Shown piece after piece: positions 45,705 through 55,997 of a stretch of DNA of 64,000 nucleotides. The notes beneath the pieces were generated by a model. It had not been told where the DNA came from, ran no database searches, and saw only the letters and a list, made by a program, of their open reading frames with translations. Within the stretch, counting starts at the first letter, position 1. Each line of letters starts with the position of its first letter. The DNA is from Rebecca billardiae RCC1528 (taxonomy: Eukaryota > Protista > Haptophyta), in NCBI GenBank assembly GCA_965240325.2, contig OZ251227.1, forward strand, positions 2,356,001 through 2,420,000, in the 5' to 3' direction. Both the position numbers and the translations under genes were made by a program.

Positions 45705-47447
45705 ATGGCCCGCGGTGCAGGGCGGAGCGCGCAGCGTGGAGCCCGCTCCGTGGGCACTAACCACGTTTCAAAAAGATCTTTGATCAAAGAAAAAAGGGAC
45801 GGGGGACGATTTTCAGGGCTGGAGGAGACCGAATTTCGAATTTTGAGACCGCAAAGAGACATCCATTAGCGAGAAATTGGCACGTCCGGCTTGTTTGTAT
45901 TCAGAGGAATCAACGAAACCCACGTCCAAGTGTGCGAGGGTGGGTAATTGTGGGTAGACTGTGACCATGGTAAATAAGCACATGACCATATATATATAGT
46001 AAAACAAGCCTCGCTGCCGCTACTCTGAGGCGCGCGCCAGACACGGAGCGCGCGCACCAGTTGCGTCGCGCTGCGCACGGCCACGGAGCATGCGCGACGA
46101 GATCGCGGCGGGGGCGGCGAGATCGCGGCGGGGGCGACGGGCAACAACCTGCCCGCGGGCGCGTTCGTCACTCGAGGAGCAGCGCGCAAGGGCGAGCCGA
46201 GTCCGGAGCACGCGAGCTCGTCGCTCGCCGCCCGGAGCAGAGCGCGCCGCTGCGAGCGAGCGCGGCGCGGCAGAGCTGATGAGCCGGATGCGCCCGGAGC
46301 TCGCGCGGCTGAAGGGCGAGCTCGAGCACGCGAGCTCGCGCCTCGACGCCGAGCGCGAGCTCCTCCTCAACTCGGTCGACGGCGGCGCGGAGGTGCAGCA
46401 GCGTGAGGACGAGCAGGAGCATCAGTGAAACGCGCGCCGGTTCCGGGTCGCGCAGCGGTGCCCAGCTGCCTGCCACGCGAGCGGCGGCCACGTGGCGCGA
46501 GGAGCTGCGTGGGGAAATCGCCGCGCGCGTCGACGCGGCGATCACCGGGCTGCAGGCCTCGGCAATCGACGCGGTGCGCACCCTCGCCGCCAGCCGCGAC
46601 GACTCCGCCGTCGAGCTGCAGCAGCTGCGCGCGCAGATGCCAGAAGTGCCGATGGGCGGCGGCGTATCAGCAGGCTGACGTGCACGAGCACGTGACACGC
46701 GGAGGCGCTAGGCGCCAAGCTGGCGAAGTGCGGCGCCGAGCTCGACGAGCTGAGCGACGCGGCAACGGACGCGCTGGGCGCCCGCGCCGCCATCGTCGCG
46801 GCGCCCTCCAGCAGCTCGAGCAGCTGTGGATAGTTGGCCGAGTCGAGGCGAACGCGGGTGTGACTCACAGTGTGAGTGAGCCGGCGCGCGGCTCAGCCTG
46901 CCGCTGGCAGCCGCCGTCTTCGAGGCCGACGCGGCGGAGGAGGCGGCGGGCGAGCACGGCGGCGCGGTGGAGCAGGCGCGCACGCGCGGCGGCAGGCGCG
47001 ACGCGCCGCTCGCCTCGTTCCACCGCCCCGAGCTCCGCTCGGTCGGTCTCGGTGCGAGGCTGCGCATCCGGCAGGCCGGGGCCAGCAGTGGCGCGCGCTC
47101 TCGCTCTGCCGGCACGAGCGACCAGCGGCCCGTCGTCGAGCGCATGGCGCAGGGCGAGTGCCTCAAGCAGGTGCGCCCGCTCGCGCGCACGCGCCGGCTC
47201 GCGCCGCGCTAGCGCCTCTCGCCCTGCCTGATGCGCGCGCGCGCCGGCCGCTAGTCCCCGCGGCGGCCCGCGGACCCGCGGCGACAGTCCTCGGCCCGCC
47301 GGCCCGGTGGGCGGCAGTGACTGAGTTGGCGGTGGCAGCTCAGGCGAACTGTTACACATGTCAGACTGAGACAGCAGCCGACGGAGGGTGCGCCGCGGGC
47401 CCCGAACTACGTTCGTTCTACGGAAAAAGACCGCGGAACGCGGTCAT
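45705..47447 (+). mobile_element. Putative non-autonomous Helentron/Helitron2-like element, copy 1
   Basis: About 150-bp 5' end and 60-bp 3' end shared with 52076-53360. 5' GGCCCGCGGTGCA pairs with subterminal TGCGCCGCGGGCC (47389-47401). Terminal hairpin GACCGCG-GAA-CGCGGTC (47429-47445). No long TSD. Confidence 0.65.
46090..47212 (+). pseudogene. Fragmented coiled-coil coding sequence carried inside element copy 1
   Basis: Protein-like stretches (MRPELARLKGELEHASSRLDAERELL; WREELRGEIAARVDAAITGLQ..ELQQLRAQM) broken by stops and frame changes. Confidence 0.45.
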
Positions 47448-47624
47448 ACTCATGGGTAGTACAGTAATAACTAGTAGTAGCAGGATTAGTTCTGACTGAG
47501 GCTCTGAATAATAAGTCCGGCTAAGACCTAAGACTATAAGAGACCGCGCGATGACGGTAGGATCGTCGTCGAGTTGATTAAATGATGAATGATGACGACT
47601 AGTTAGTCGACCATCCACCTTATT

Positions 47625-50372
47625 CTAGCCGCGCGCGCGCGCGGCTTGCACGGGCGGAGACGAGCACAGTGGCTCGGGCGAGAGGTGGCAGCCCCAGGGT
47701 GCGTGGTCGTCGGCCGCGCGCGCAAAGCCGCACTGCAGCTCGAAGCGTGCGGCCGCGCGCAGGTCCTCGCGCTCGGCCTCGCCGAGATGGCCCATGTACC
47801 CGTACCGCGCGCTCAGCTTGAGCGCCATGTGGTAGTAGTACGGGTCGACGGCGCGCAGCAAGGGCCAGTCGGCGCGCACCGAATGGTTGGCGTGCTCGTG
47901 GTTGAGGCTCATGCGCGCCATCTCCCTGGCCGCCTTCTCGACCTGCTCGGCGCCGCCCGCCCGCCAGCGCTGCGGGCCCAGCCCGGCGCGGCGGAGCATG
48001 CGCCCGACGCTCGCGGTGTCGACGTCCTCGACCCGCAGCCGCGCCTCGGCCGTCGCGTCGACGAAAGCGTGCCAGGTCACCCAGTGCCGCAGCGCGACGC
48101 GCAGGCTCCACTCTCGCCACTGCGCCCACGCCGCCTGCCGCGCAAGCCCCTGCGGCCACGGCGGCAGCTCGACATCCGCCTGGCAGACCGCCGGGTACTT
48201 GGCGGCGTCGTGCACGTCGAAGGTCGCCGAGCTCCAGCGCGAGCTGATCGAGCGCGGCGGCGCGCGCACTAGGTGGACGACGTGAGCGAAGCGGTGCCCG
48301 CCCTGCATCCGCCTCGCGTCGTGCACCGCGTCGCGCTTGCGCCAGGCGGCGCTGTTGCCGCTGTCGAGCGCGACGAATCGCAGCCGCCGCCGCCGCCGCC
48401 GCACGTCGCGCCAGCTGAACACCGGGTAGTGGCATGTGCGCGTGCGGGAGAAGGCGTGCGGCCAGGAGACGACCGCCTGCGCGCTGTCGCCCACGACGGT
48501 GCCCTTGTCGTGCACGGTGGGTACCAGGTGGTCGAGCAGCCTGGCGGCAAACGTCGTGCCGCCCGCACCCACGCTCGTCACGAGCAGGGGCAGCGGGCTC
48601 AGCGTGCCGTTGGCGCCGCAGCCGGGCGCGTGCGCGCGCGAGCGGCGCAGCAGCGCACAGCGGCTCGAGCCGACGATCGCGAGCTGCTCGCCGAGCCCTG
48701 CGCCCGCCCCGAGCTCCGCCAGCGCCGTCAGATTCCCGTTGGCAATCACACTCACCCCTGCCTCCCCGGCCCGCGCAGAGGCCAGCTCGGCGGCCGTCGG
48801 CGCGCGCAGACACGCGGCAGCCTGCACGCTGCTGCGCGCGTCGGGCTGGGCTCGGTCGGCGTGCGCGCTGTCGGTGGCACCGTCCCGTTCCCGCCCCGTC
48901 GGGTCGGCATCGCCCTCAGCCCCGCCCACCTGCGCCATGCTCAGCTGCGCAAGGCCGAGCCCTCCCGCCGTGCGCAGCAGCAGGTCAAACCGGGCTTCGA
49001 GCCCGCTGCCACCATAGCCGCCGCCAAAGCCGCCAATCACGCGGCTGAGGACGGCGTCGACGGGGGCGGCCGCGGCGGGGCGCGAGCCTACCCAAGCGGT
49101 GCTGCCGCCGCCGCCTCGGCTGCCGGCACCCTCAGCGGCTGCGAGCCCGGAGCGCGCGTCAGCAGCCGCGCCGCGCGGCGCTGCCTGCAGCGGCGCGCCG
49201 TCCAGGCCGCGTACTCGCTGTGTGTCGCTCAGCGACCACAGCGGCCACGTGGTGGGGTCGAGGACGCGCGCGGCGAAGACGAGCCCGCCTGCGGCGCCTG
49301 CGGGCCACGCGTCCGCGTGCTGCGACCGGGGAGGGCCCGATCCGCCGCCAACGTCGCCGGGCACCGCCCTCGCCGCCGTTGCCTCCACCTGCGCCCCGCG
49401 CGCACCCGATGGCGCGGCGCGCTCACGCGGGGCACAGGCGCCGCCGCGGCCGGCGGGGCAGCTCCACACGAGCACGAGCGTGCCGTCCCCTGCCGACTCG
49501 ATGGAGCCATGCGCTGCCCCCGGCAGTAGCAGCTCGCGAGCCACCTCCGTCTCCCATGCTGCCGCCGGCCCGCCCGACCGTGACGGCCGCAGCCGAGCGA
49601 CGGCGATGCCGCCGCCGCCCGCGCCACGCGCCGGGACGAGAGCATACTCCGTGCGAGACGCGCGCCGCCCTGGCGAGAGCGGGTGCACGGGCTGGCACAG
49701 CGCGAGCGTGGGATTCCGCGGCCCGCCGTCGCCTCGCGCGCGAACGAGCGTGAAATTCAGCGCGCCCGACGATCGGCCGACCAGCGTGGCGTGCTCGCAT
49801 GTGCCGCCGCCGCTGCTCCGAGGCGCAGGCTGCGATGGCGAGCGGGCCACGCCGAGCCGCAAGCTCAGCATGCGCTCGCGCCCGTCCGCACTCGCGTGCA
49901 ACGCGCCGGGGACGAGCTCGAGGCCGTCGGGGATCTCGTCTGCGGGCAAGGCGACGCCCAGCTCCTCCCACGGGCCGTGCACACCCGCCATGCTGCCGAG
50001 GGCGTGCACGCCACGCACGCCGGCGCGCACGAAGAAGAGGAGATGTGTGTGCCGGGATGGCAGCCACGAGGGCGGCTGCAGCAGGCTGGCGGCCGTGATG
50101 CACGACTCGCCACCTGGTTGCGTTGGCGTGGGATCGTGGGCGTCGGACGCTCCGCACTCGAGGAGCCACGCGCGCAGCGATGCGTTCGCGAACGCAACGG
50201 CGTGTTGGGATGCGCGGAACGCGACGCGTGTGGCCGTGCTCGGCGTTCGATTCGTCGCGCCGACGAGGTCGGCGGTGCCACCGGTTGGGCGAGATGTCAC
50301 GCCATAAGCCGTGAGCGTGAGGATCAGCCAGGGTGCAGCCCAGGCGCACGCCGAGCGCGTTGCCCTTAGCAT
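47625..50372 (-). CDS. 915-aa secreted/membrane protein with C-terminal sulfotransferase-like P-loop domain
   Basis: N-terminal hydrophobic segment. LLVTSVGAGGTTFAARLL (PAPS 5'-loop-like), VVSW, VVHLVRAP..SISS (3'-PB-like), LRVED. Confidence 0.6.
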   Translation of the reverse strand: MLRATRSACAWAAPWLILTLTAYGVTSRPTGGTADLVGATNRTPSTATRVAFRASQHAVAFANASLRAWLLECGASDAHDPTPTQPGGESCITAASLLQPPSWLPSRHTHLLFFVRAGVRGVHALGSMAGVHGPWEELGVALPADEIPDGLELVPGALHASADGRERMLSLRLGVARSPSQPAPRSSGGGTCEHATLVGRSSGALNFTLVRARGDGGPRNPTLALCQPVHPLSPGRRASRTEYALVPARGAGGGGIAVARLRPSRSGGPAAAWETEVARELLLPGAAHGSIESAGDGTLVLVWSCPAGRGGACAPRERAAPSGARGAQVEATAARAVPGDVGGGSGPPRSQHADAWPAGAAGGLVFAARVLDPTTWPLWSLSDTQRVRGLDGAPLQAAPRGAAADARSGLAAAEGAGSRGGGGSTAWVGSRPAAAAPVDAVLSRVIGGFGGGYGGSGLEARFDLLLRTAGGLGLAQLSMAQVGGAEGDADPTGRERDGATDSAHADRAQPDARSSVQAAACLRAPTAAELASARAGEAGVSVIANGNLTALAELGAGAGLGEQLAIVGSSRCALLRRSRAHAPGCGANGTLSPLPLLVTSVGAGGTTFAARLLDHLVPTVHDKGTVVGDSAQAVVSWPHAFSRTRTCHYPVFSWRDVRRRRRRLRFVALDSGNSAAWRKRDAVHDARRMQGGHRFAHVVHLVRAPPRSISSRWSSATFDVHDAAKYPAVCQADVELPPWPQGLARQAAWAQWREWSLRVALRHWVTWHAFVDATAEARLRVEDVDTASVGRMLRRAGLGPQRWRAGGAEQVEKAAREMARMSLNHEHANHSVRADWPLLRAVDPYYYHMALKLSARYGYMGHLGEAEREDLRAAARFELQCGFARAADDHAPWGCHLSPEPLCSSPPVQAARARG

Positions 50373-50530
50373 CGCCGCTGATCAGCACCGGACCGCCATC
50401 GCGACTGTTGATTTTCGCGTCCAGTGTGCATGCAGCCAGTCCGGAGCAGCGGAGCGTGGATCCACAGTGCCAGAAGGACTGTGCATCCCGCCCTTGTCGG
50501 TCGCGCTCTCGGCTCTCCTCCGCCGGTGCC

Positions 50531-51700
50531 ATGGGGCTGCTGCGCGGTCTCGTGCTCGCCGTATCGGCGATGGTCGCCTTGGTCGCGGTGCTGTTGGGTC
50601 TCCTCCTCTCTGGCGCGCTTGCAAAGACGGGCATCTTCCGGCGCATCGACAGCTGGGAGCTCGGCCGGGGGCAGGTCCTTAAAGGTCTGGCGCCCGTGTT
50701 CCATGAGGGCACTGCGTGGGGCTTCACGCTCGAGCAGCTGCCCGAGCTCGACGGACGGGTGGCCGTTGTCACTGGCGCGTGCTCGGGGCTGGGCTACTGG
50801 TCCGCACACCACCTTGCCCACGCAGGCGCGACCGTCGTCGTCGCATGCCGCACCACGGCCAAGGGCGAGGAGGCGGTCGCGTCGATCCGCGAGTCGACGG
50901 CGCGCGGCGAGCTGCACGCGCTCGCGCTCGACCTCTCGTCGTTCGCCTCCGTGCACGCGTTCGCGCGCGCGGTGAACCAGCGCTTTAGCTCGGTCGACTC
51001 GCTGATCCTCAACGCGGGCGTGATGGTGCCACCCTTCTCGCTCACCGCCGACGGCCTCGAGAGTCAGATCGGCGTGAACCACTTTGGGCACGCGCTGCTC
51101 ACGCGCGAGCTGATGCGCGCGCTGGAGGCGGCGGCCAGCGCGCGCGGCGCGTCGACGGTCGTCGCCGTCTCCTCCTCTGCGCACTACACCTCCTACCCCG
51201 AGGGCATCCTGCCCTCCATCGCCGCGATGAACGACGCGGCCCTGTACGACCGCGGCATGGCGTACGGACAGAGCAAGCTCGCCAACGTGCTCTTTGCCCA
51301 GGAGCTGGCGCGGCGCGCGGAGGCGGCGGGCACGGGCGTGCTGGCCAACTCGGTGCACCCGGGCGTGGTGAAGACCAACCTCGGGCGGCACCTCGAGACG
51401 CTCGTCAGCGCGTACCTCGGCGAGTGGGCGTGGTCGCGCTTGGACGCGCAGCTCTCGCAGGCCGCGTGGCATCCGCGCGAGGCGGCGCTCACCCAGCTGT
51501 ACGCGGCGGCGGCCCCCGACGTGATCGAGCGGCGCGTGAGCGGCAAGTACTTCCACCCAATCGCGCGCGAGACGAAGCCCGACCCGCACGCCACCAACCT
51601 CACGCTGCAAGAGCACCTCTGGGCGCTGACGGAGGCGTACCTCGATGCGCACGCAGAGGGCGAGGCGTTGGCGGGACAAGCTGTTAGCAACACTCAATGA
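50531..51700 (+). CDS. Short-chain dehydrogenase/reductase, retinol dehydrogenase/WWOX-like, N-terminal TM
   Basis: VAVVTGACSGLG (TGxxxGxG), LILNAGVM, GVNHFGH, YGQSKLAN (YxxxK), VHPGVVKT. Confidence 0.93.
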   Translation: MGLLRGLVLAVSAMVALVAVLLGLLLSGALAKTGIFRRIDSWELGRGQVLKGLAPVFHEGTAWGFTLEQLPELDGRVAVVTGACSGLGYWSAHHLAHAGATVVVACRTTAKGEEAVASIRESTARGELHALALDLSSFASVHAFARAVNQRFSSVDSLILNAGVMVPPFSLTADGLESQIGVNHFGHALLTRELMRALEAAASARGASTVVAVSSSAHYTSYPEGILPSIAAMNDAALYDRGMAYGQSKLANVLFAQELARRAEAAGTGVLANSVHPGVVKTNLGRHLETLVSAYLGEWAWSRLDAQLSQAAWHPREAALTQLYAAAAPDVIERRVSGKYFHPIARETKPDPHATNLTLQEHLWALTEAYLDAHAEGEALAGQAVSNTQ

Positions 51701-52075
51701 CAATGCGAACACAGTTTAACAGCTAGCAGCATGCGCTGCTGATAATGCACGTCGTCGCATCGTCAAAGGACACATGATCAATAAATAATAAATGCGCTCC
51801 ACATACATATATATTATAATGATATATAAATAAAATTATTCTGGATGCCTGTGGGACATTCAATATTAATGCTGTCAATGATGACGAAGATATAAATATA
51901 GTTTTATCGCGAATAAATAAACGACGACAGATTCAATAATTCATCGCGCGCGTCGTCGCGGTATGTTGATATAGAAGATCGTCCGCCGCGTGCGGCTCAT
52001 TTTTATTTTTTAAAGCATGACCGGACGCCAGCAATAATTATAAGAGTCTCGATGATGACGACGATATTGTATATC

Positions 52076-53360
52076 ATGGCCCGCGGTGCAGGGCGGAGCG
52101 CGCAGCGTGGAGCCCGCACCAGCGGGCCCGAACCACGTTTCAAAAAGATCTTTGATCAAGAAAAAAGGGACGGGGGGCGGCGGAAAAAAAGGGACGGGGG
52201 GCGATTTTTCGGGCTGGCGGAGACCGAGTTTCGAGTTTTTGAGATCGCATTGAGAGGTCTATCAGGCCAAAAAAAACCGCGCCCAGCTGATTCCCTTAAG
52301 TAAAGTGAGATCTGGACGTCAGCTGGACGTGACATTAGTGTAACGGTTCGTTACGAGCGAATCGTACTCGTCTTCCCGGATCGCGTGACGTCCGGACTGG
52401 GCCACATCCGGATCGTCGGAGGTGACGTGCCCCGGCACGATGGGCGATGGCGGATATGCGGGACGGCGGCCTGCACGTGCCTCCGGACCCGCCTCCCGCT
52501 TGCTGCTCACGCAGTCAGCTGCGACCGTGGCGCATGATCGCAGAAGCAGTGCCGGCAGTACGGCCTGCATCAGCTAGTGCCGCGCCGTCGTGGCGCGCGC
52601 GGTACGGTTGCGCGTTTGCAGCGCTCGCCGCTCGGCGTAACGGCACGCGCGTGCGGCTCAGGTGTGTCAAATGCGGTCTCGTCGGCGCGCTTTCGCCTGC
52701 CACCTCGTGCACCCGTGCCGCCAGTTTCATCGTCTTCATGAGGACTGCTGCTGCTGTCGCCATCCGCTCTCCATCACCCCGAGTCGCCGGTCGCGCGGCG
52801 CGCGCGGTAGGCACTAGGCAGGGCGTACGGTCACTCACCCGTGCAACGGGTCAAGTGGCCAGAGTACGTCTGGTCGTTGGCTGGCACGGGCCGCAGCGCT
52901 AAAGCACCCTGCTGTCACACCCGACTCCTTCAGTACTCCGAGCTCCGCGGCACGACTCACTCGGCACGATCGCGGACGGGTCGGATCCGAGCTGATCAGC
53001 CAGAGTTGGACACAGTTTGGCAGCTACTAGTAGTAATTCCGATGCCGATGGCACGATCGCGGACGGGTCGGATCCGAGCTGATCAGCCAGTTGGACATTT
53101 GGCAGCTAGTTGTCAGACGGACGTCCGATTTGACGACCGGTGCCGGGTGCGGTCTCAGGTCCGCTGCTGTGATTGTGTGAAGTGTGAATGAGTCTCGCGG
53201 TCGCGCAGGCAGGGCGACGGTCGGACTAATAGCTTCAGTCATCTCAGAACCGACTTCAACTGGCGAACTGCCACTACGGCGGAGAGCCGCGATTGCACGG
53301 CCACCGCGGGCCCCCAACTGCGTTGATTCTATGCAGAAAAGGACCGCGGAACGCGGTCAT
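52076..53360 (+). mobile_element. Putative non-autonomous Helentron/Helitron2-like element, copy 2
   Basis: 5' ATGGCCCGCGGTGCAGGGCGGAGCGCGCAGCGTGGAGCCCGC is identical to copy 1. Subterminal inverted CACCGCGGGCC (53302-53312); terminal hairpin 53342-53358. Confidence 0.65.
52963..53110. repeat. ~60-70-bp direct repeat, 2 copies
   Basis: 52963-53031 and 53050-53110; 41 bp identical, then three small indels. Confidence 0.9.
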
Positions 53361-55235
53361 TATTCGACGACACTGTCGATGGCGTGCGTCGATGATGGCA
53401 CCACGAAGTCGAAGCGACGCTTCACTCGAAGCCGCATCGGGCCCATCCCGGGCGCGTAGCCCGCGGATCCACGAGCACGTCGCCGCCGAGATGCGCGTTT
53501 GCCAGAAGGGCTTATAACGATGATGGGTGTTATGATGACCGTGGGGGAAAGGGTCCATGAGCTCGTCGGCGCTGACCCGGCGGGACTTCGGGAGCATCGC
53601 GAGGCACGGGGCCAGCTGGTGGTCCAGCACGCGCGCCTCGCCATCCGGCGACACCCACAGCAGCGTCTGCCCGCCGACGAGTAGCGCGCCACCGTGGAAC
53701 GGCGTCGGCCAGAGTGCCGGCCCAACGAGCGCGGGCTCCTCGGCGAAAGAGCGGCGGCTGACTGCTTGTGCATGCTCCGAGAGGTTGTGCCTGCGCATGC
53801 CGACGCGCGCGTCGTAGGTGAAGAGCAGCACGGAGCTCGCGTCCGGGAAGTAGAAGATGCCGAGGCAGTGCTCGCCGAGCGCGCACGGGACCGCCTTGGG
53901 GAAGCCGGCGGGGGGCTCGGCCCCTGCGCCTGGTGGCGCGTCGGCGCCGTCCCACAGCTCGCGCTCGAGCAGATGGCACATCTCGACGCATGCGCCTGGG
54001 CGCCACGCGAGGCGCGCGACTGAGCGCTTGAGCAGCACGCCGTGCGGTTGGTACTGGAAGTCTGAGTAGGGCTCCAGTGGCATGGGCGTGAGCACGCCCA
54101 GCAGCAAGTGCCCGCCCATCTCGATGGCGAACGTTGGATGCTTGAACGCGAACCAGTTCGTGGCGTCAGCGCCGAGCCCGTCGTCACGGCGCACGACGGG
54201 CTCGGCCTGCACCACCGCCGCGGTGACGGGTGGCTGCTCGTCTGGGTCGTCCTCGCCCCCTTGCACCACCACCCCGGCATCCCGTGCGTTGTCACGATCT
54301 TGCAGCTCGGTCTGCTGGTGGCACTGATGCGTCTCGAGGTCGAGGAGACAGAGGCGCGCTGGGGCCGCCGCGCGCGCCAGCAGCTCCTCCGCCGGCGTGT
54401 TGGGCCGCGGAATGAAGGGGGGTTCGGCGTCTTCCAGCCCGGGCTCGCGGATACAGGGCACCGGATCAAGCACGGCCCCTGCGCTCGTGCGGCCGGTGGC
54501 GGCGGCGCGAGCGAGAAAGCGCTGCTGTCTGCTGAGCTGCGGCATCGTAGACGGATCGATGGGGCCGTGCGCCGCGCGCGCGAGCAACCCGACGGCGCTC
54601 GCGCAGCGCAGCTCGAGGCCGTCTGGCACGGCCGTCGCCGCGTCGAGCAGGGCTCGAGGCGGTGGGGCTGGTCCGTGCTCTGCCGCCGACGCGAAGGCAG
54701 CCAGGTCGAACACGGCGTCAAGCGCGTATACGTGCGAGACGTCGAGGAAGAAGACGGGCCACTCTGCGTACATGTCGTCGTACTCCTGAAAACCCACGTG
54801 GCTGACCGGCACGTCCGTCCAGAGCGGTAGCCAGCGCAAGGGCGCCCCGTCGCACACGTGCGCAGCCACGTCCGCGGCAAAGAGGCTGGCCCACCTGTGC
54901 CGCGCCTCCGCAACGACCCAGCGGCCGCGCGCCGCGAGCTTCACATGGCTTGCCCTGTGCCGGAGAGGCAGAGGTGGCAGGCGAATGCGCTCGTTCATGT
55001 TGATGCCCTCCTTCGCGCGCGTCGCAAGCGTCGGGATGCACGTGATCGACACGCCCATCCGCAGCGACACCTGCGCAAAGATGACGCATTCGAACGCGAC
55101 GCCGACGTCATCAGGCTTCACGCCGCACGCAAAGTACAGGCGCATGATGTCGGGCGGCTCGAGGTAGGCCGAGATGCAGCTGACCACGTCGAGCGGCATC
55201 GACCTCGCCCGAGATCCAGACATTCGCGAAGCCAT
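53274..55235 (-). CDS. F-box-like protein with C-terminal DDB1/CPSF-A-propeller-like segment; 3' end runs into element copy 2
   Basis: MPLDVVSCISAYLEPPDIMRL..C is F-box-like. WPTPFHGGALLVGGQTLLWV resembles DDB1 VPEPFGGAIIIGQESITY. The 3' boundary is uncertain. Confidence 0.55.
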   Translation of the reverse strand: MASRMSGSRARSMPLDVVSCISAYLEPPDIMRLYFACGVKPDDVGVAFECVIFAQVSLRMGVSITCIPTLATRAKEGINMNERIRLPPLPLRHRASHVKLAARGRWVVAEARHRWASLFAADVAAHVCDGAPLRWLPLWTDVPVSHVGFQEYDDMYAEWPVFFLDVSHVYALDAVFDLAAFASAAEHGPAPPPRALLDAATAVPDGLELRCASAVGLLARAAHGPIDPSTMPQLSRQQRFLARAAATGRTSAGAVLDPVPCIREPGLEDAEPPFIPRPNTPAEELLARAAAPARLCLLDLETHQCHQQTELQDRDNARDAGVVVQGGEDDPDEQPPVTAAVVQAEPVVRRDDGLGADATNWFAFKHPTFAIEMGGHLLLGVLTPMPLEPYSDFQYQPHGVLLKRSVARLAWRPGACVEMCHLLERELWDGADAPPGAGAEPPAGFPKAVPCALGEHCLGIFYFPDASSVLLFTYDARVGMRRHNLSEHAQAVSRRSFAEEPALVGPALWPTPFHGGALLVGGQTLLWVSPDGEARVLDHQLAPCLAMLPKSRRVSADELMDPFPHGHHNTHHRYKPFWQTRISAATCSWIRGLRARDGPDAASSEASLRLRGAIIDARHRQCRRIMTAFRGPFLHRINAVGGPRWPCNRGSPP

Positions 55236-55997
55236 CGTCGTCGCACGTCCCGATCGTGAGCGCAGCGGTGCGGTTTGGGCGGAGAAGGGCGGACGCCAGA
55301 TGACGGCGGCGCCAAGTTGGCCGTCCGAGGCCGATGATGGCGGCCGCCGTCCTTGCGTCGCTCGATTGTGCGTTGGGACGGACCAAAGGAATGAGGAATC
55401 TGTTGGGACCATCAAGCGCACTTCGGCGCAGCGGCCGAGCCTATTGTACCGTGATAAACTGTACCGTGAACGGTGATGATGATTCATGAGGCACGCGGGC
55501 GCGGGCAATGTGATAGCAAGCCCGCCGCGGCGGCCCGCCGCGGCCGCGCCAGCCTGGGCCAGTGGGCATCAGCAGCACTGAGTACTCAGTTCAGGACAAA
55601 GGTCCTGCTTGAGTAAGGTCAGCGCTGCCACGGGCCGCCAGTGAAGTCTGTGAGACTGTGCGGCAGTGAGTGTGCGTCGCTTTAGTGAACAGCGCGGTTG
55701 CTGGCCGGGACGGTTACCGAATACCGTAGTCCGTACGCGGGTCCGCGTCTCGGGTTGGCCCGGATCACGCGGGGCGGGGCCGACCAGAGGCAAAGCGCCC
55801 AAGGCTGTCAGACCCGTGTGGACGAGTGACGACACGTACCTGTTAAGTGTTCGTGAGCACACTGCACGAGGCCAAACGACCGGATAGAGCAGGAAAGATC
55901 ACGCCTCGAGACGACAACTGTCGTGCGCTCATGGCTGGCGCGCCACCTGCATGAGTGGACACTCTGCGAAGTGCATCATCACGCCAAGCCGTGGTGC

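Noticed and set aside
36441-51700. Glycan-biosynthesis gene cluster (propeller GT, prolyl hydroxylase-like, sulfotransferase, SDR)
   Set aside because: Interspersed with unrelated genes (truA, CFAP77); these families are abundant in algae, so proximity is not evidence.
52963-53110. CRISPR-like repeat-spacer
   Set aside because: Only two copies, wrong geometry, eukaryotic context and no cas genes.
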